A DNA stretch of 59,266 nt, the filler included. It is 6 parts of 6 records of this genome, joined end to end, with 100 filler letters (N's around TTAATTAATTAA, not from the genome) between each part and the next. Parts side by side here need not be neighbours in the genome. Positions count along the whole stretch, not along the records: positions 26,178 to 37,766 come from SRR22947727_2066; positions 37,867 to 48,301 come from SRR22947727_2071; 4 more parts are not named here. One strand, written 5' to 3'. This document shows positions 31,973 to 41,857 of the stretch, piece by piece. The notes beneath the pieces were generated by a model that was given only the letters and a program-made list of their open reading frames with translations, did not search any database and was not told the origin of the DNA. Position numbers and translations under genes: made by a program. The first letter of the stretch is position 1. Every line of letters begins with the position of its first letter.

Positions 31973-32794
31973 GTGAGTGACTTTTTGGCTGCGGCCCTGC
32001 AACTCACCAGCACAACTGACCCTGAAAGCAATTTTGCGGCCGCTGAAGAGCAGATCGATTTGGCGGCGCGTCGTGGCGCAGAGCTGATCGCTTTGCCCGA
32101 AAACTTTGCCTTTATGGGTGACGACGCGCAGCGACTCGAACTGGCACCGGCATTGGCTGACCAGGCGGCGCGCTTTCTGGTCACTATGGCCCGTCGCTAT
32201 CAGGTCGTGATCCTGGGTGGTGGCTTCCCCGTTCCCGTCGGTGATGGCCAACGCCACTTTCAAAGGTCACAGCTGGTAGGCCGTGACGGTCAAGTGCTGG
32301 CTAGTTACGACAAGATCCACCTCTTTGATGTGGACCTCCCAGACGGGAGCTCCTACCGGGAATCAGCGAGCTTCAGCCCGGGGACATCCCCCCCACCCGT
32401 CGTGGATGTGCCTGGACTATGTCGTGTGGGGCTGTCCATTTGCTACGACGTGCGCTTTCCTGAGCTCTATCGCCACCTCGTTGGAGCCGGAGCTGAGTTG
32501 TTAATGATTCCCGCTGCCTTCACAGCCTTCACAGGGAAGGACCATTGGCAAGTTTTGCTCCAATCACGGGCGATCGAAAACACGGCCTACGTGCTGGCTC
32601 CAGCCCAGACAGGCGTGCACTACAAGCGACGACAGAGCCACGGGCATTCACTGGTGGTGGATCCTTGGGGCACGGTGTTGTCCGATGCCGGGGTGGCTCC
32701 AGGGGCCGCCATCGCTCCCATTGACCCCAGCCATCTCCAGCGCATTCGCGGGCAGATGCCGAGCCTGCAGCACCGCCAACCCTCGCTGTTCTGA
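31973..32794 (+). CDS. Carbon-nitrogen hydrolase (Nit1/deaminated glutathione amidase-like)
   Basis: LPENF, YDKIHLFDV, ICYDVRFPE catalytic triad motifs, HWQVLLQSRAIEN. Confidence 0.92.
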   Translation: MSDFLAAALQLTSTTDPESNFAAAEEQIDLAARRGAELIALPENFAFMGDDAQRLELAPALADQAARFLVTMARRYQVVILGGGFPVPVGDGQRHFQRSQLVGRDGQVLASYDKIHLFDVDLPDGSSYRESASFSPGTSPPPVVDVPGLCRVGLSICYDVRFPELYRHLVGAGAELLMIPAAFTAFTGKDHWQVLLQSRAIENTAYVLAPAQTGVHYKRRQSHGHSLVVDPWGTVLSDAGVAPGAAIAPIDPSHLQRIRGQMPSLQHRQPSLF

Positions 32795-32799
32795 AGGTC

Positions 32800-33894
32800 A
32801 TGGCCACGCTGCCCTTTCGCTTCAGTGCGCTCATCCTTGCCGCGGCTGTCCAAGCGTCATCCCTGCTTCTCAGCCTGCCGGCCCAAGCCGCCAGTGCCCT
32901 GGCAGCCTGGAAACTCAGTTCTTCAGGGGAGCTCCTGCTGCGCACCGCAGCGGGTGCGCGACTTCAAGCCTTCTTCGAAGCCGGGGATCGCACCCGCGGT
33001 CCAAGGGTGTGGATCGATTTTCCAGGTGAGCTCAGTCGATCGAGAAGCCTGCCCGGGTCCGGCCCCGTTCGCGAAATTCGGCTTGGAAAACCGAGCGCAG
33101 GTGAAACCCGATTGGTGATCGAGTTTCAGCCAGGGGTCGATCTCGATCCCAGTCAATTGAAATTGATCGGTACCGCTTCCAATCGCTGGAAGCTCAGCTT
33201 TCAAGGGCTTTCCACCACAGGGTTAAGGCCGATCGGGGAAGGAGATCTCAACCGTGCATCCTCTGGGTCCTGGGCGGGTGGCCTGCGCATCCAACCCAGC
33301 AAAACTCCAGTGAATGCGGCGGGCTTACCCACCGTGACCCGAGGAAAATACCGCGTCGTGATCGACCCAGGCCATGGTGGTCCCGATCCCGGCGCTGTGG
33401 GAATCCGAGGGATCAGGGAAAGTGAAATCGTTCTCGATATCTCCCTTCAAGTCGCTCGATTGCTGGAAGCCAAGGGGGTCCAGGTGATCATGACGCGAAC
33501 AGCTGAAGTGGATGTCGATCTTCCGCCTCGGGTTTCAATTGCCAATCGGGCTGGTGCGGATGCTTTCGTCAGCACTCATGCCAATGCAATCAGCATGGCC
33601 AGGCCTGATGTAAACGGTATCGAGACGTTTTTTTACTCCGACCGTCGTTCCGCCCGCTTAGCCGCTCACCTTCAGCAGCAAATGCTAAATGTGTCCCCCG
33701 GCAGCCCGAATCGAGGTGTTAAGCGAGGTCGATTTTTTGTGATTAGGCGCACCACAATGCCAGCAGCTCTCGTGGAGATGGGATTCGTCACGGGCAACAT
33801 TGATTCGCCTCGCCTTGCTACCTCGGCCCACCGGCAGAGGCTTGCTTTAGCGCTTGCCACCGGCATTCTTGATTTTCTGAAAGGAGTGCGTTGA
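32800..33894 (+). CDS. amiC: N-acetylmuramoyl-L-alanine amidase (AMIN + Amidase_3)
   Basis: VVIDPGHGGPDPGA, FVSTHANA, LVEMGF. Confidence 0.92.
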   Translation: MATLPFRFSALILAAAVQASSLLLSLPAQAASALAAWKLSSSGELLLRTAAGARLQAFFEAGDRTRGPRVWIDFPGELSRSRSLPGSGPVREIRLGKPSAGETRLVIEFQPGVDLDPSQLKLIGTASNRWKLSFQGLSTTGLRPIGEGDLNRASSGSWAGGLRIQPSKTPVNAAGLPTVTRGKYRVVIDPGHGGPDPGAVGIRGIRESEIVLDISLQVARLLEAKGVQVIMTRTAEVDVDLPPRVSIANRAGADAFVSTHANAISMARPDVNGIETFFYSDRRSARLAAHLQQQMLNVSPGSPNRGVKRGRFFVIRRTTMPAALVEMGFVTGNIDSPRLATSAHRQRLALALATGILDFLKGVR

Positions 33895-34682
33895 CCATTC
33901 GTCTCGGACTGTTTGACAGCGGCATTGGCGGGCTCACCGTCTTGCGCAGAATCCTCGAGCGTCACGGTGCGGTACCCGTGACCTACCTAGGCGACACCGC
34001 CCGTGTTCCTTACGGCAGTCGCTCTCCTTCAGAAATTCGTTCGATTGCGGCTGAGGTTGTGGCTTGGTTGCGAGCCCAGAAGGTCTCCACCGTCGTCATG
34101 GCTTGCAACACCACCAATGCTCTCGCCAGGGACGTCACGGAAGGACAAGCCGGCGTTCCGGTTGTAGGGCTGATTGGAGCTGCCGCTGCGTTGGTGAAAG
34201 AATCCCGCGTTGGTGTTCTTGCCACTCCTGCAACAGTTGCCTCTGGCGCCTACCGGGAGAGCATCGAAGCGCTTCATCCCGGCACCTTGGTGGTTCAACA
34301 GGCCTGTCCAGACTTTGTTCCGCTGATCGAATCCGGAGATCTCCGGTCTGATGAACTTCGTGAAGCAGCCATTCGATATTTACAACCCCTGCTTGAGGCC
34401 TCGGTCGATTCGGTGGTGCTTGGTTGCACCCATTACCCGCTGCTAGTACCACTCCTTGCGAACTTATTGCCTCCTCACATGCGTCTGATCGACCCTGCTG
34501 TCGCCGTCGCAACCCAACTCGATGCTTTTTTGGGCCAACCGTTACCCGGAAGCCAAAATCAGCCGGTATCACTGGAAGCCACCCACATTTGCGTGACGAA
34601 AGACGCCCAAGGGTTTGCGGAGAGAGCCACGGCTTGGCTGGGCCAAAGGCCTTGCGTTGATCTCGTGAATCTGCAGCCATAG
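33891..34682 (+). CDS. murI: Glutamate racemase
   Basis: GLFDSGIGGLTV, DTARVPYG, MACNT, LGCTHYP. Confidence 0.96.
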   Translation: MTIRLGLFDSGIGGLTVLRRILERHGAVPVTYLGDTARVPYGSRSPSEIRSIAAEVVAWLRAQKVSTVVMACNTTNALARDVTEGQAGVPVVGLIGAAAALVKESRVGVLATPATVASGAYRESIEALHPGTLVVQQACPDFVPLIESGDLRSDELREAAIRYLQPLLEASVDSVVLGCTHYPLLVPLLANLLPPHMRLIDPAVAVATQLDAFLGQPLPGSQNQPVSLEATHICVTKDAQGFAERATAWLGQRPCVDLVNLQP

Positions 34683-34719
34683 GTCTGCGTTTCCTAGGAT
34701 CTTTGTACCGAGGGGATTC

Positions 34720-35691
34720 ATGGCCACCGTCACCGAGTTGCTGCAGCCGGTCGAGGCGGATCTTGAGATCCTGCTAAGCGACCTTCGCAGCCTGATAGGA
34801 GCCGGTCACCCGATTCTCCAAGCGGCTGCTGAACACCTCTTCAGTGCAGGTGGGAAGCGGCTTAGGCCTGGAATCGTATTACTGATTTCAAGGGCGCTTT
34901 CTGCAGACGGAGAGTTGAGTTCACGGCATCGACGCCTGGCTGAGATCACTGAGATGATCCACACCGCATCGCTTGTCCACGACGATGTTGTTGATGAAGC
35001 GTCAACACGTCGGGGCGTTGAGACCGTTCACAGCCGTTTTAATTACAGAGTTGCCGTTCTCGCCGGTGACTTTTTGTTTGCTCAAGCGAGTTGGCACCTC
35101 GCAAATCTCGACAATCTCGATGTCGTGAAATTGCTTAGCCGCGTGATCATGGATCTCGCTGATGGAGAAGTTAAACAAGGCTTGTTTCGCTTCGATACAG
35201 GCCAATCATTCGAGACCTATTTCGAAAAGAGTTACTGCAAAACAGCATCTTTAATTGCCAATAGTGCAAAAGCAGCAGGTGTTTTAAGCGACTTGTCAGA
35301 GCCACAACTTGAATCGCTTTATCACTACGGCCGTCAGCTCGGCTTGGCTTTCCAAGTTGTTGATGACATCCTCGATTTCACTGGCAGTGATCAACAGCTC
35401 GGAAAACCGGCAGCTAGTGATCTATCCAGCGGCTACCTCACAGCTCCTGCTCTCTACGCCCTTGAGGAGCGCCCTGCTCTGTCGGGTTTGATTGAACGCG
35501 AGTTCAGTGGAGAGGGTGACCTTGCAACCGCTTTGGCTTTCGTTCGTGAGTCAGAAGCAATCCCCCGCACCCGCGAACTCGCCAAAACATTCGCTCGAGA
35601 AGCAAGAGAATCCTTGGATTGGATGCCCGAATCCCCATCACGCACTGCCTTGCTCGAATTACCAGACTTCGTTCTTAGTCGTTTGTACTAA
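34720..35691 (+). CDS. sds: Solanesyl diphosphate synthase
   Basis: GGKRLRP, LVHDDVVD, KTASL, FQVVDDILD. Confidence 0.94.
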   Translation: MATVTELLQPVEADLEILLSDLRSLIGAGHPILQAAAEHLFSAGGKRLRPGIVLLISRALSADGELSSRHRRLAEITEMIHTASLVHDDVVDEASTRRGVETVHSRFNYRVAVLAGDFLFAQASWHLANLDNLDVVKLLSRVIMDLADGEVKQGLFRFDTGQSFETYFEKSYCKTASLIANSAKAAGVLSDLSEPQLESLYHYGRQLGLAFQVVDDILDFTGSDQQLGKPAASDLSSGYLTAPALYALEERPALSGLIEREFSGEGDLATALAFVRESEAIPRTRELAKTFAREARESLDWMPESPSRTALLELPDFVLSRLY

Positions 35692-36364
35692 GGCTGTTCC
35701 GGAGTTGTTGCTCCCCTTCGCCCAAGCTGGTGATGAAGGTGATCTGGGAATGGTGAATTGCAGCGGGTTCGCTGAGCGCATCGACCAACTGCCAGACCCA
35801 GCAGCCTGCCTCTAAAGCCGACTGACAGCCAGCCTCGGAATCCTCAAACACCCAACATTCCCCTGGCGACAACCCCAGCCTTTGGGTCGCTAAGAGGTAG
35901 GGATCAGGAGCTGGTTTTCCCGCACGAAGTTCAGAGTCATCGCCCAACACACGGCTTTGAATTAAATCCAGCCATGGATGACCGGAGATTTTGTAGAGCA
36001 GAGACGCCTTTTTACTGCTGGTGACTAGAACCATGGGCAATGTCTTAGAGCTGCAAAATCGGATCAGTTGCTCCGCACCAGGAACGGCTGGAGCCTCAGC
36101 CACTAAACGCCTGGCTATCGGCTCCCGCGCCTTCAGGAGTTGTTCCGCTGAAACGGACTGCTGCAACCATGAGCACACCAAGTTGGCATTGTCCTCCCGG
36201 CGACGTCCCTTGAGTTGTTGCAGTTGCTGACGCGACAAGGATCCGTTGAAGCATGCTGCCGCTTCCTTCCAAGCCTTTGCCTGTAAAGGTTCGGTATCAA
36301 GCAGGAGACCATCAAGATCAAACAGGCATGCTTTTGGCGCTGACAAGGATCCTGCCTTTGGCAT
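35675..36364 (-). CDS. HAD-superfamily phosphatase
   Basis: CLFDLDGLLLDTE, LVTSS, GKPAPDPY, VFEDS. Start taken at MPKAG (36364). Confidence 0.9.
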   Translation of the reverse strand: MPKAGSLSAPKACLFDLDGLLLDTEPLQAKAWKEAAACFNGSLSRQQLQQLKGRRREDNANLVCSWLQQSVSAEQLLKAREPIARRLVAEAPAVPGAEQLIRFCSSKTLPMVLVTSSKKASLLYKISGHPWLDLIQSRVLGDDSELRAGKPAPDPYLLATQRLGLSPGECWVFEDSEAGCQSALEAGCWVWQLVDALSEPAAIHHSQITFITSLGEGEQQLRNSLSTND

Positions 36365-36464
36365 CGTTGCCGCATCACTCTTCTGTGGATTCTGACAACG
36401 CGACTGGTCAGGATGCTGAAAGCATCGATAGTGTTGTCCTGTCAGTGCATTTGAGCAGCAAGCG

Positions 36465-37766
36465 ATGAGTGAGGGTTCCACCATTGAGAGCGTGCTTCAA
36501 GAACAGCGTGTCTTTGATCCACCAGCGGACCTCGCCAGGGATGCGCGTATTTCTGGGATGGAGTCTTATCGCGCTCTAGCTGAAGCAGCGAAATCCGATC
36601 CAGATACGTTCTGGGGAGAAGCAGCCCGTCGTGAATTGCATTGGTTCGAACCGTTTCACACCGTTCTCGACTGGGACAACCCACCCTTTGCGCGCTGGTT
36701 TGAAGGGGGAACAACCAACCTCTCCTACAACTGTCTTGACCGTCATCTGAATGGCCCCAAGGCCAACAAGACAGCCCTGATCTGGGAGGGAGAGCCCGGG
36801 GATGTGCGCACCTTCACCTACCAAGAGCTGCATGCCGAGGTGTGCCGTGCCGCCAACGCCCTCAAGGCCATCGGAATTGGCAAAGGTGACCTTGTCGCTC
36901 TGTACATGCCGATGGTGCCTGAGGCCGCCATCGCGATGCTCGCCTGTGCGCGCATTGGCGCTCCTCACTCTGTGGTGTTTGGTGGGTTCTCTGCAGAAGC
37001 CCTGCGTGATCGCCTGATCGACGGTGAAGTGAAAGCGGTGATCACCGCCGATGGCGGTTTCCGCAAGGACAAACCTGTGTCACTTAAGCCGGCTGTAAAT
37101 GCAGCGCTTGCCGATGGTGCATGCCCAACGGTGCACTCCGTGCTGGTTGTGAAGCGCACCGATCAACCGGTGGAGATGGTGGAGGGGAGAGATCAGTGGT
37201 GGCATGACCTGGTCGCCAATCAAGAGGATGAATGCGTCGCTGAGCCCATGGCGAGCGAAGACCGCTTGTTTGTGCTTTACACCTCTGGATCAACAGGAAA
37301 ACCCAAAGGTGTGGTCCACACCACCGCGGGGTACAACCTCTGGGCCCATTTGACCTTTCAATGGATCTTCGACATCCGTGACGACGATGTGTTTTGGTGC
37401 ACGGCCGATGTGGGCTGGATCACCGGACACAGCTACATCGTCTACGGACCGCTATCAAACGGCGCCACCACGGTGATGTACGAGGGTGCTCCTCGACCCT
37501 CCAAGCCAGGGGCGTTCTGGGAAATGATCCAGAAGCACAAAGTGAGCATTTTCTACACCGCTCCTACCGCCATTCGCGCCTTTATGAGGAGTGGCCGTGC
37601 TGTTCCTGATCAGTACGACATGAGCAGCCTGCGCCTGCTCGGCACCGTCGGTGAGCCGATCAACCCTGAAGCCTGGATGTGGTATCGCGATGTGGTGGGC
37701 GGTGAACGCTGCCCAATCGTTGACACCTGGTGGCAAACCGAAACCGGTGGCGTGATGATCAGCCCC
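36465..37766 (+). CDS. acs: Acetyl-CoA synthetase, 3' truncated
   Basis: [44 protein letters not shown]. Confidence 0.96.
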
Positions 37767-37866
37767 NNNNNNNNNNNNNNNNNNNNNNNNNNNNNNNNNN
37801 NNNNNNNNNNTTAATTAATTAANNNNNNNNNNNNNNNNNNNNNNNNNNNNNNNNNNNNNNNNNNNN

Positions 37867-37896
37867 CTGCCAGCGACTTTCTAGTAGTTCTGACAT
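37867..37896 (-). CDS. First 10 codons of the probable major capsid protein
   Basis: AAGGAG RBS then MSELLESRWQ, directly after the scaffold gene, matching T4-like gene order protease-scaffold-MCP. Confidence 0.6.
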
Positions 37897-37906
37897 CATT
37901 ATCTCC

Positions 37907-38998
37907 TTAATTTAATCCAGCAAGACGACGAATGTCTACTACATTACCGTCCTCTGCTTCTCTACTAACGTTAGATGTTTCTCGGTTGCCTGTGATTTCT
38001 TTGCCTTCTGTTATTTGCGCCTTTTTGGCTGGAGTATTCCCGTCTATTACTGCCGGTAGGTACTTGTCAAACTGAGTACGTAACTTTGCAGTTTGGACAG
38101 ATTCCAGTAAGTCTGTCATAATTTCACGTTGATCTTTACTTAATGGTGTAATTAACTCATTAAGTACGTCTTTTCTTTGTGCTTCTTCAGCAATACGTCT
38201 AATCTCTGCTTCTCTTGTTTCGACTAAACGTGTTTGTTCTTCAGCGTCTGCTTTTGCTTCTGCAAGTTGCTTTTCTTTTACGTCAACAACTTTCATTAGT
38301 TTGGCAGTTTCTGATTTTTCATTCAGGTAGCTGTTAGAATATTCTGCTGCGAAAGCTTCAAACAATTTACGACCAAAATCATTTCTACGTGCTGCTTCAA
38401 TATCTTCTTTTAGTTGAGTCATTTCTCCCTTAAGAGCTTTATCAACTGTTTCTGATACTGCTTTAGCACTTCTTTCAACAAAAGTTTTCTTAACTTTTGC
38501 GAAGTGTGTCTTAGCTTCACGCACAAGTTTAACCTTGGTTTCTGCTAAGTCTTTTTTGTCTTCGTAAAACTCTGCTATTTCTTTAGCAAGTGCTTCTACA
38601 ATAAATTCCTCAAGATGTGCAAATTTCTCTGCCATTGCTTTTTGGTCTTCATGTAATTCAGAAACTTCATTTGTTAACTGATCAAATACAAAACCTTTCA
38701 TTAGATCTGCGTTTTCACGCATTGCTATTGCATATTTTGCTTTTGCTTCAGCTAATTGTTTGCGGTCTTCTGCAAACTCTGAAATTTCTGCTTGAAGGCG
38801 TTCCTCAAGTAAAGCATCAATTGATTCAACCATAGCGGCTTTGTCATGTTCATACTTTTGAGCAAATTCTTCGCGGAGTTCAGCAGTCACTGACTGTTTG
38901 TTCTCTTTGATTTTTGAATTCCACGCATCTTCAATTTCGGCACGTACTTCTTCTGAAACTACATCGTTCTCGAAAAGTGTTTTTAGTGCTTCCAACAT
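37907..38998 (-). CDS. Phage prohead core/scaffold protein (gp22 position)
   Basis: Helical E/K/A-rich coiled coil between the prohead protease and the putative MCP. Confidence 0.75.
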   Translation of the reverse strand: MLEALKTLFENDVVSEEVRAEIEDAWNSKIKENKQSVTAELREEFAQKYEHDKAAMVESIDALLEERLQAEISEFAEDRKQLAEAKAKYAIAMRENADLMKGFVFDQLTNEVSELHEDQKAMAEKFAHLEEFIVEALAKEIAEFYEDKKDLAETKVKLVREAKTHFAKVKKTFVERSAKAVSETVDKALKGEMTQLKEDIEAARRNDFGRKLFEAFAAEYSNSYLNEKSETAKLMKVVDVKEKQLAEAKADAEEQTRLVETREAEIRRIAEEAQRKDVLNELITPLSKDQREIMTDLLESVQTAKLRTQFDKYLPAVIDGNTPAKKAQITEGKEITGNRETSNVSREAEDGNVVDIRRLAGLN

Positions 38999-39015
38999 AT
39001 TATTCTCCTCAAATT

Positions 39016-39639
39016 TTATCGGAGCTTGCTGATTAAATTAATCAGCGATTCCTTAAGATACTTTTGTGCCTTGTCGTCGTGCTTTGTTGCCTGTGCTAAT
39101 TCGTATGCCTTATACCCACCACGTGCATTCATTAAATGCTCGTAGATAGGCGTTGGATACGCCCCCGGAGCACTAGGCTGTGCAACGACATCCACGGTGA
39201 TTATTTCAAAACCTGAAACTTCACCGCTTCCGTCTTCTGACACATTGCCCGATCCCCTTGACGAGACACCTAATTTAACTCCGCTTTCCAGCATTGTTTT
39301 TACTAGGTTTCCCATCGGGGTTGGTAGGATTTTCATTTTTCCGTAACCATTTGGTCCATCCATCCAACATGATTCAATCATATGGGATACGCGGTCCAAA
39401 TTAATGTTAAGTCCTTCTGGATGATCAACTTCTCCGAGAACACTGTAGCCTCCTTCAATTTGATCGTTGAGAGTTTTGACAGCCCTACCAATTTCATTTA
39501 CAGGATATACACGTTGATTCGCATTGCGAACCCCGCCCTGTATGCAAATCCCCTTCATATAAAGGTCTTTGCCTTCATTAGCAGATTCAACGACTATTTG
39601 TGCTTGGTCAAATGTCAAATGCTCTCGTAGATTAATCAT
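39016..39639 (-). CDS. Prohead maturation protease (T4 gp21-like)
   Basis: KGICIQ, NANQRVYP, LGEVDHP, INLDRVSH, ILPTPMG, LGVSSRGSG, DVVAQPSAPGA. Confidence 0.93.
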   Translation of the reverse strand: MINLREHLTFDQAQIVVESANEGKDLYMKGICIQGGVRNANQRVYPVNEIGRAVKTLNDQIEGGYSVLGEVDHPEGLNINLDRVSHMIESCWMDGPNGYGKMKILPTPMGNLVKTMLESGVKLGVSSRGSGNVSEDGSGEVSGFEIITVDVVAQPSAPGAYPTPIYEHLMNARGGYKAYELAQATKHDDKAQKYLKESLINLISKLR

Positions 39640-39655
39640 CTATAAGTCCTCTTTC

Positions 39656-40654
39656 TTAGGAGCCAATTGTTGATTTCTTATTGGCTGCTGTTTCGCCTGC
39701 GCCTTTTTTCTCTGCGCCGTGGCCTTTTGGTTGAGCTTTCATTGATTTTGAAGCCTTTCCACCTGGTACATTAACGTTTCCTGCATTTTCTTCACTTTCT
39801 GAAGGATTTGCTAATCCGCCTGCTGTACCTTTAGTGTCAGCTTCGCCGCCTTGAACTAAGTTAGACGTTGTTCCGCCCATATCGTTCTTACCAGCTACAG
39901 TTGACTTGGTGTTTGTGCCTGACTCTTCTGACTTGTTAGAGCTAGAAGCTTCTAAACCGCCTTTGCCAGCAACTTTTTCTACGTATTCACGCATTTGTTC
40001 TGTTGCTGATTTTTCAGTTTCGTCTACTTCTTCGTCTGACTCATCAACTTCTTCGTCGTCTGACTCATCTACTTCTTCATCACTTGCTTCACCAAAGTTA
40101 AAGGCTTCTTCTTCCGAATCACCTTCTTCTTCATCTCCCATGTCAGCAACATCATCTTCGTCGCCTTCATCGGACATCATTTTTTCAAATTCTGCTTTAA
40201 GGTCATCTAGTGCATCTTCAAGATCAACTACGCGATCTTCTATTTCACCTTCTTCACCTTCTTCACCTTCTTCGCCGTCGCCTTCGTCGCCCATGGCATC
40301 TTCAATGTCACCCATCATGTCATCTGCTGGATCACCACCCATGTCGTCGTCTGCTTCGACTTCAAATTCGTCTAAATCAAAACCTTCATCGACGTCATCG
40401 TCTGACTCATCAACTTCTTCATCAGTTGCTTCGTCGACTTCTTCGTCTGCTTTTGCTTCGTCAACTTCTTCCTCTGAAGCTTCATCAACTTCTTCATCGG
40501 ATTCTTCATCAACTTCGATATCGTCTTCTAAAAGATTTTCATAAATCTCTCTAGATTTTTCTACAACGATTTCGTGAAATAATTCTTGTGCTGCTTCTTT
40601 GTTCTCGTTTACGAGAAGTTCAAGCATTTCTTCAAACTTATTACGATCTGCCAT
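39656..40654 (-). CDS. Highly acidic prohead core/internal protein
   Basis: D/E-rich 332 aa protein with repeated EEVDE units, in the head module, with its own late promoter. Confidence 0.75.
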   Translation of the reverse strand: MADRNKFEEMLELLVNENKEAAQELFHEIVVEKSREIYENLLEDDIEVDEESDEEVDEASEEEVDEAKADEEVDEATDEEVDESDDDVDEGFDLDEFEVEADDDMGGDPADDMMGDIEDAMGDEGDGEEGEEGEEGEIEDRVVDLEDALDDLKAEFEKMMSDEGDEDDVADMGDEEEGDSEEEAFNFGEASDEEVDESDDEEVDESDEEVDETEKSATEQMREYVEKVAGKGGLEASSSNKSEESGTNTKSTVAGKNDMGGTTSNLVQGGEADTKGTAGGLANPSESEENAGNVNVPGGKASKSMKAQPKGHGAEKKGAGETAANKKSTIGS

Positions 40655-40703
40655 TTTTTTTCTCCTATTATTGAAATATTACCTATGGAAAGGCTGTCAC
40701 TAT

Positions 40704-40711
40704 TATTTATA
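40704..40711 (-). promoter_or_regulatory. T4-type late promoter TATAAATA
   Basis: Exact consensus 50 nt upstream of the 40654 start. Confidence 0.8.
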
Positions 40712-40737
40712 TAATGTGTAGATATACGAGTGGAAAT

Positions 40738-40759
40738 AGGCCAAAAAGCGGCCTTTTTT
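40738..40759. terminator. Small hairpin, possible terminator
   Basis: AGGCC-AAAAAGC-GGCCT with a T run on the + strand and ATTT on the - strand, intergenic. Confidence 0.4.
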
Positions 40760-40770
40760 GACAGATCTTA

Positions 40771-41595
40771 TTAAATTTCGTATAATTCTTGAAATTCTTC
40801 AATCATTATGTTTTTAAAGTTGTCAAATTTATTTAGTTCTTCAGGACAATAGTTATCTGATGTTATTACTCTAATATAGTTAATGTGTGGATGATTTTTA
40901 ACTACATTTGTGGTTTGTCGCATCCAGTTACCAAAAAATGTAGCGCCATCGGCTGCTTTTTTATAATTTGGTGTGTCTGCGTATATATTATTAAACCGCT
41001 TTCCGTCTTCTAACCCCTTATAATCAAATCCTAAAATATAAATGGTACCGTAACCGTGCTGACTTGCTAGCCACAATGCTGTAGGTCCGCTTGACCAACC
41101 CTTAGACGGATTAAAAAAATTAAACTCTTTGTATCTAGTTAAAGTGCGTTGAGGATTGGTCCATACATTAGGATTTTTCTTATGATATCCTTCTCTATGC
41201 AGTTCTAAGCACATTTTTACATCAACTGCAACTAGATAATCTGGGTCAAATGATCTATAAATTGCATTACAACCATATATTGTGCCATGCTGTTTTAGAT
41301 TTTGCGGATCAATAGTACGTCTACTTGTGCCGTTGCCTAAAACAAATCCTACAGACGATGCTTGTTTTTCTGATAATCCTACTTTAGTTTGCACTACTGG
41401 TTTTTCTTTTTTAATTATTTTTGATGCATCTTGTTCTTGTACAGGTGCTGTTTGAGTTGGTATTGATTTTATTCTTTCTTTGTATTGAGTGTTACGCTCT
41501 TGTGCAAATTTTTTAAGTTCTTTTTCACGACGGCGCCAGGCCATCAATTTTTTAGCTTCTTGTTTAGAAAGATTTTCTTTTGATACTTTTGGCAA
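40771..41595 (-). CDS. Phage protein with Maf/DUF115/CstII-like glycosyltransferase-type domain
   Basis: FVLGNGTSR, YGCNAIYR, PDYLVAVD, SSGPTALWLA, GYGTIYILGFDY motif series; TTG start. Confidence 0.65.
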   Translation of the reverse strand: MPKVSKENLSKQEAKKLMAWRRREKELKKFAQERNTQYKERIKSIPTQTAPVQEQDASKIIKKEKPVVQTKVGLSEKQASSVGFVLGNGTSRRTIDPQNLKQHGTIYGCNAIYRSFDPDYLVAVDVKMCLELHREGYHKKNPNVWTNPQRTLTRYKEFNFFNPSKGWSSGPTALWLASQHGYGTIYILGFDYKGLEDGKRFNNIYADTPNYKKAADGATFFGNWMRQTTNVVKNHPHINYIRVITSDNYCPEELNKFDNFKNIMIEEFQELYEI

Positions 41596-41598
41596 TTA

Positions 41599-41844
41599 TT
41601 AAATCCCGCCTTCAGCATTTGCAGCAATACCGTACATTTGACGGATAAAGTCAAGTTCTTTAACTTGCTCTTCTTTATGCTGCTCACTTGCTTTCCTGGC
41701 GCGATTTATTTGACGTAGTGTTAATCTTGTTTTGCGTGTGTCGTCATAATTAACCGGAGACTCATCCTCAGATGGCTCATAACGATCATCCTCGATAGGT
41801 TCTAAAGTTTCTTTATCGTAATAAAATAATTCACGCAATATCAT
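41599..41844 (-). CDS. Small phage hypothetical protein (81 aa) downstream of the portal gene
   Basis: MILRELFY...RKTRLTLRQINRARK; fills the gap between genes and has a late promoter. Confidence 0.75.
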   Translation of the reverse strand: MILRELFYYDKETLEPIEDDRYEPSEDESPVNYDDTRKTRLTLRQINRARKASEQHKEEQVKELDFIRQMYGIAANAEGGI

Positions 41845-41849
41845 AATTG

Positions 41850-41857
41850 TATTTATA
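41850..41857 (-). promoter_or_regulatory. T4-type late promoter TATAAATA overlapping the portal stop codon
   Basis: Exact consensus only 5 nt before ATG 41844, implying a leaderless or near-leaderless transcript if used. Confidence 0.65.
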
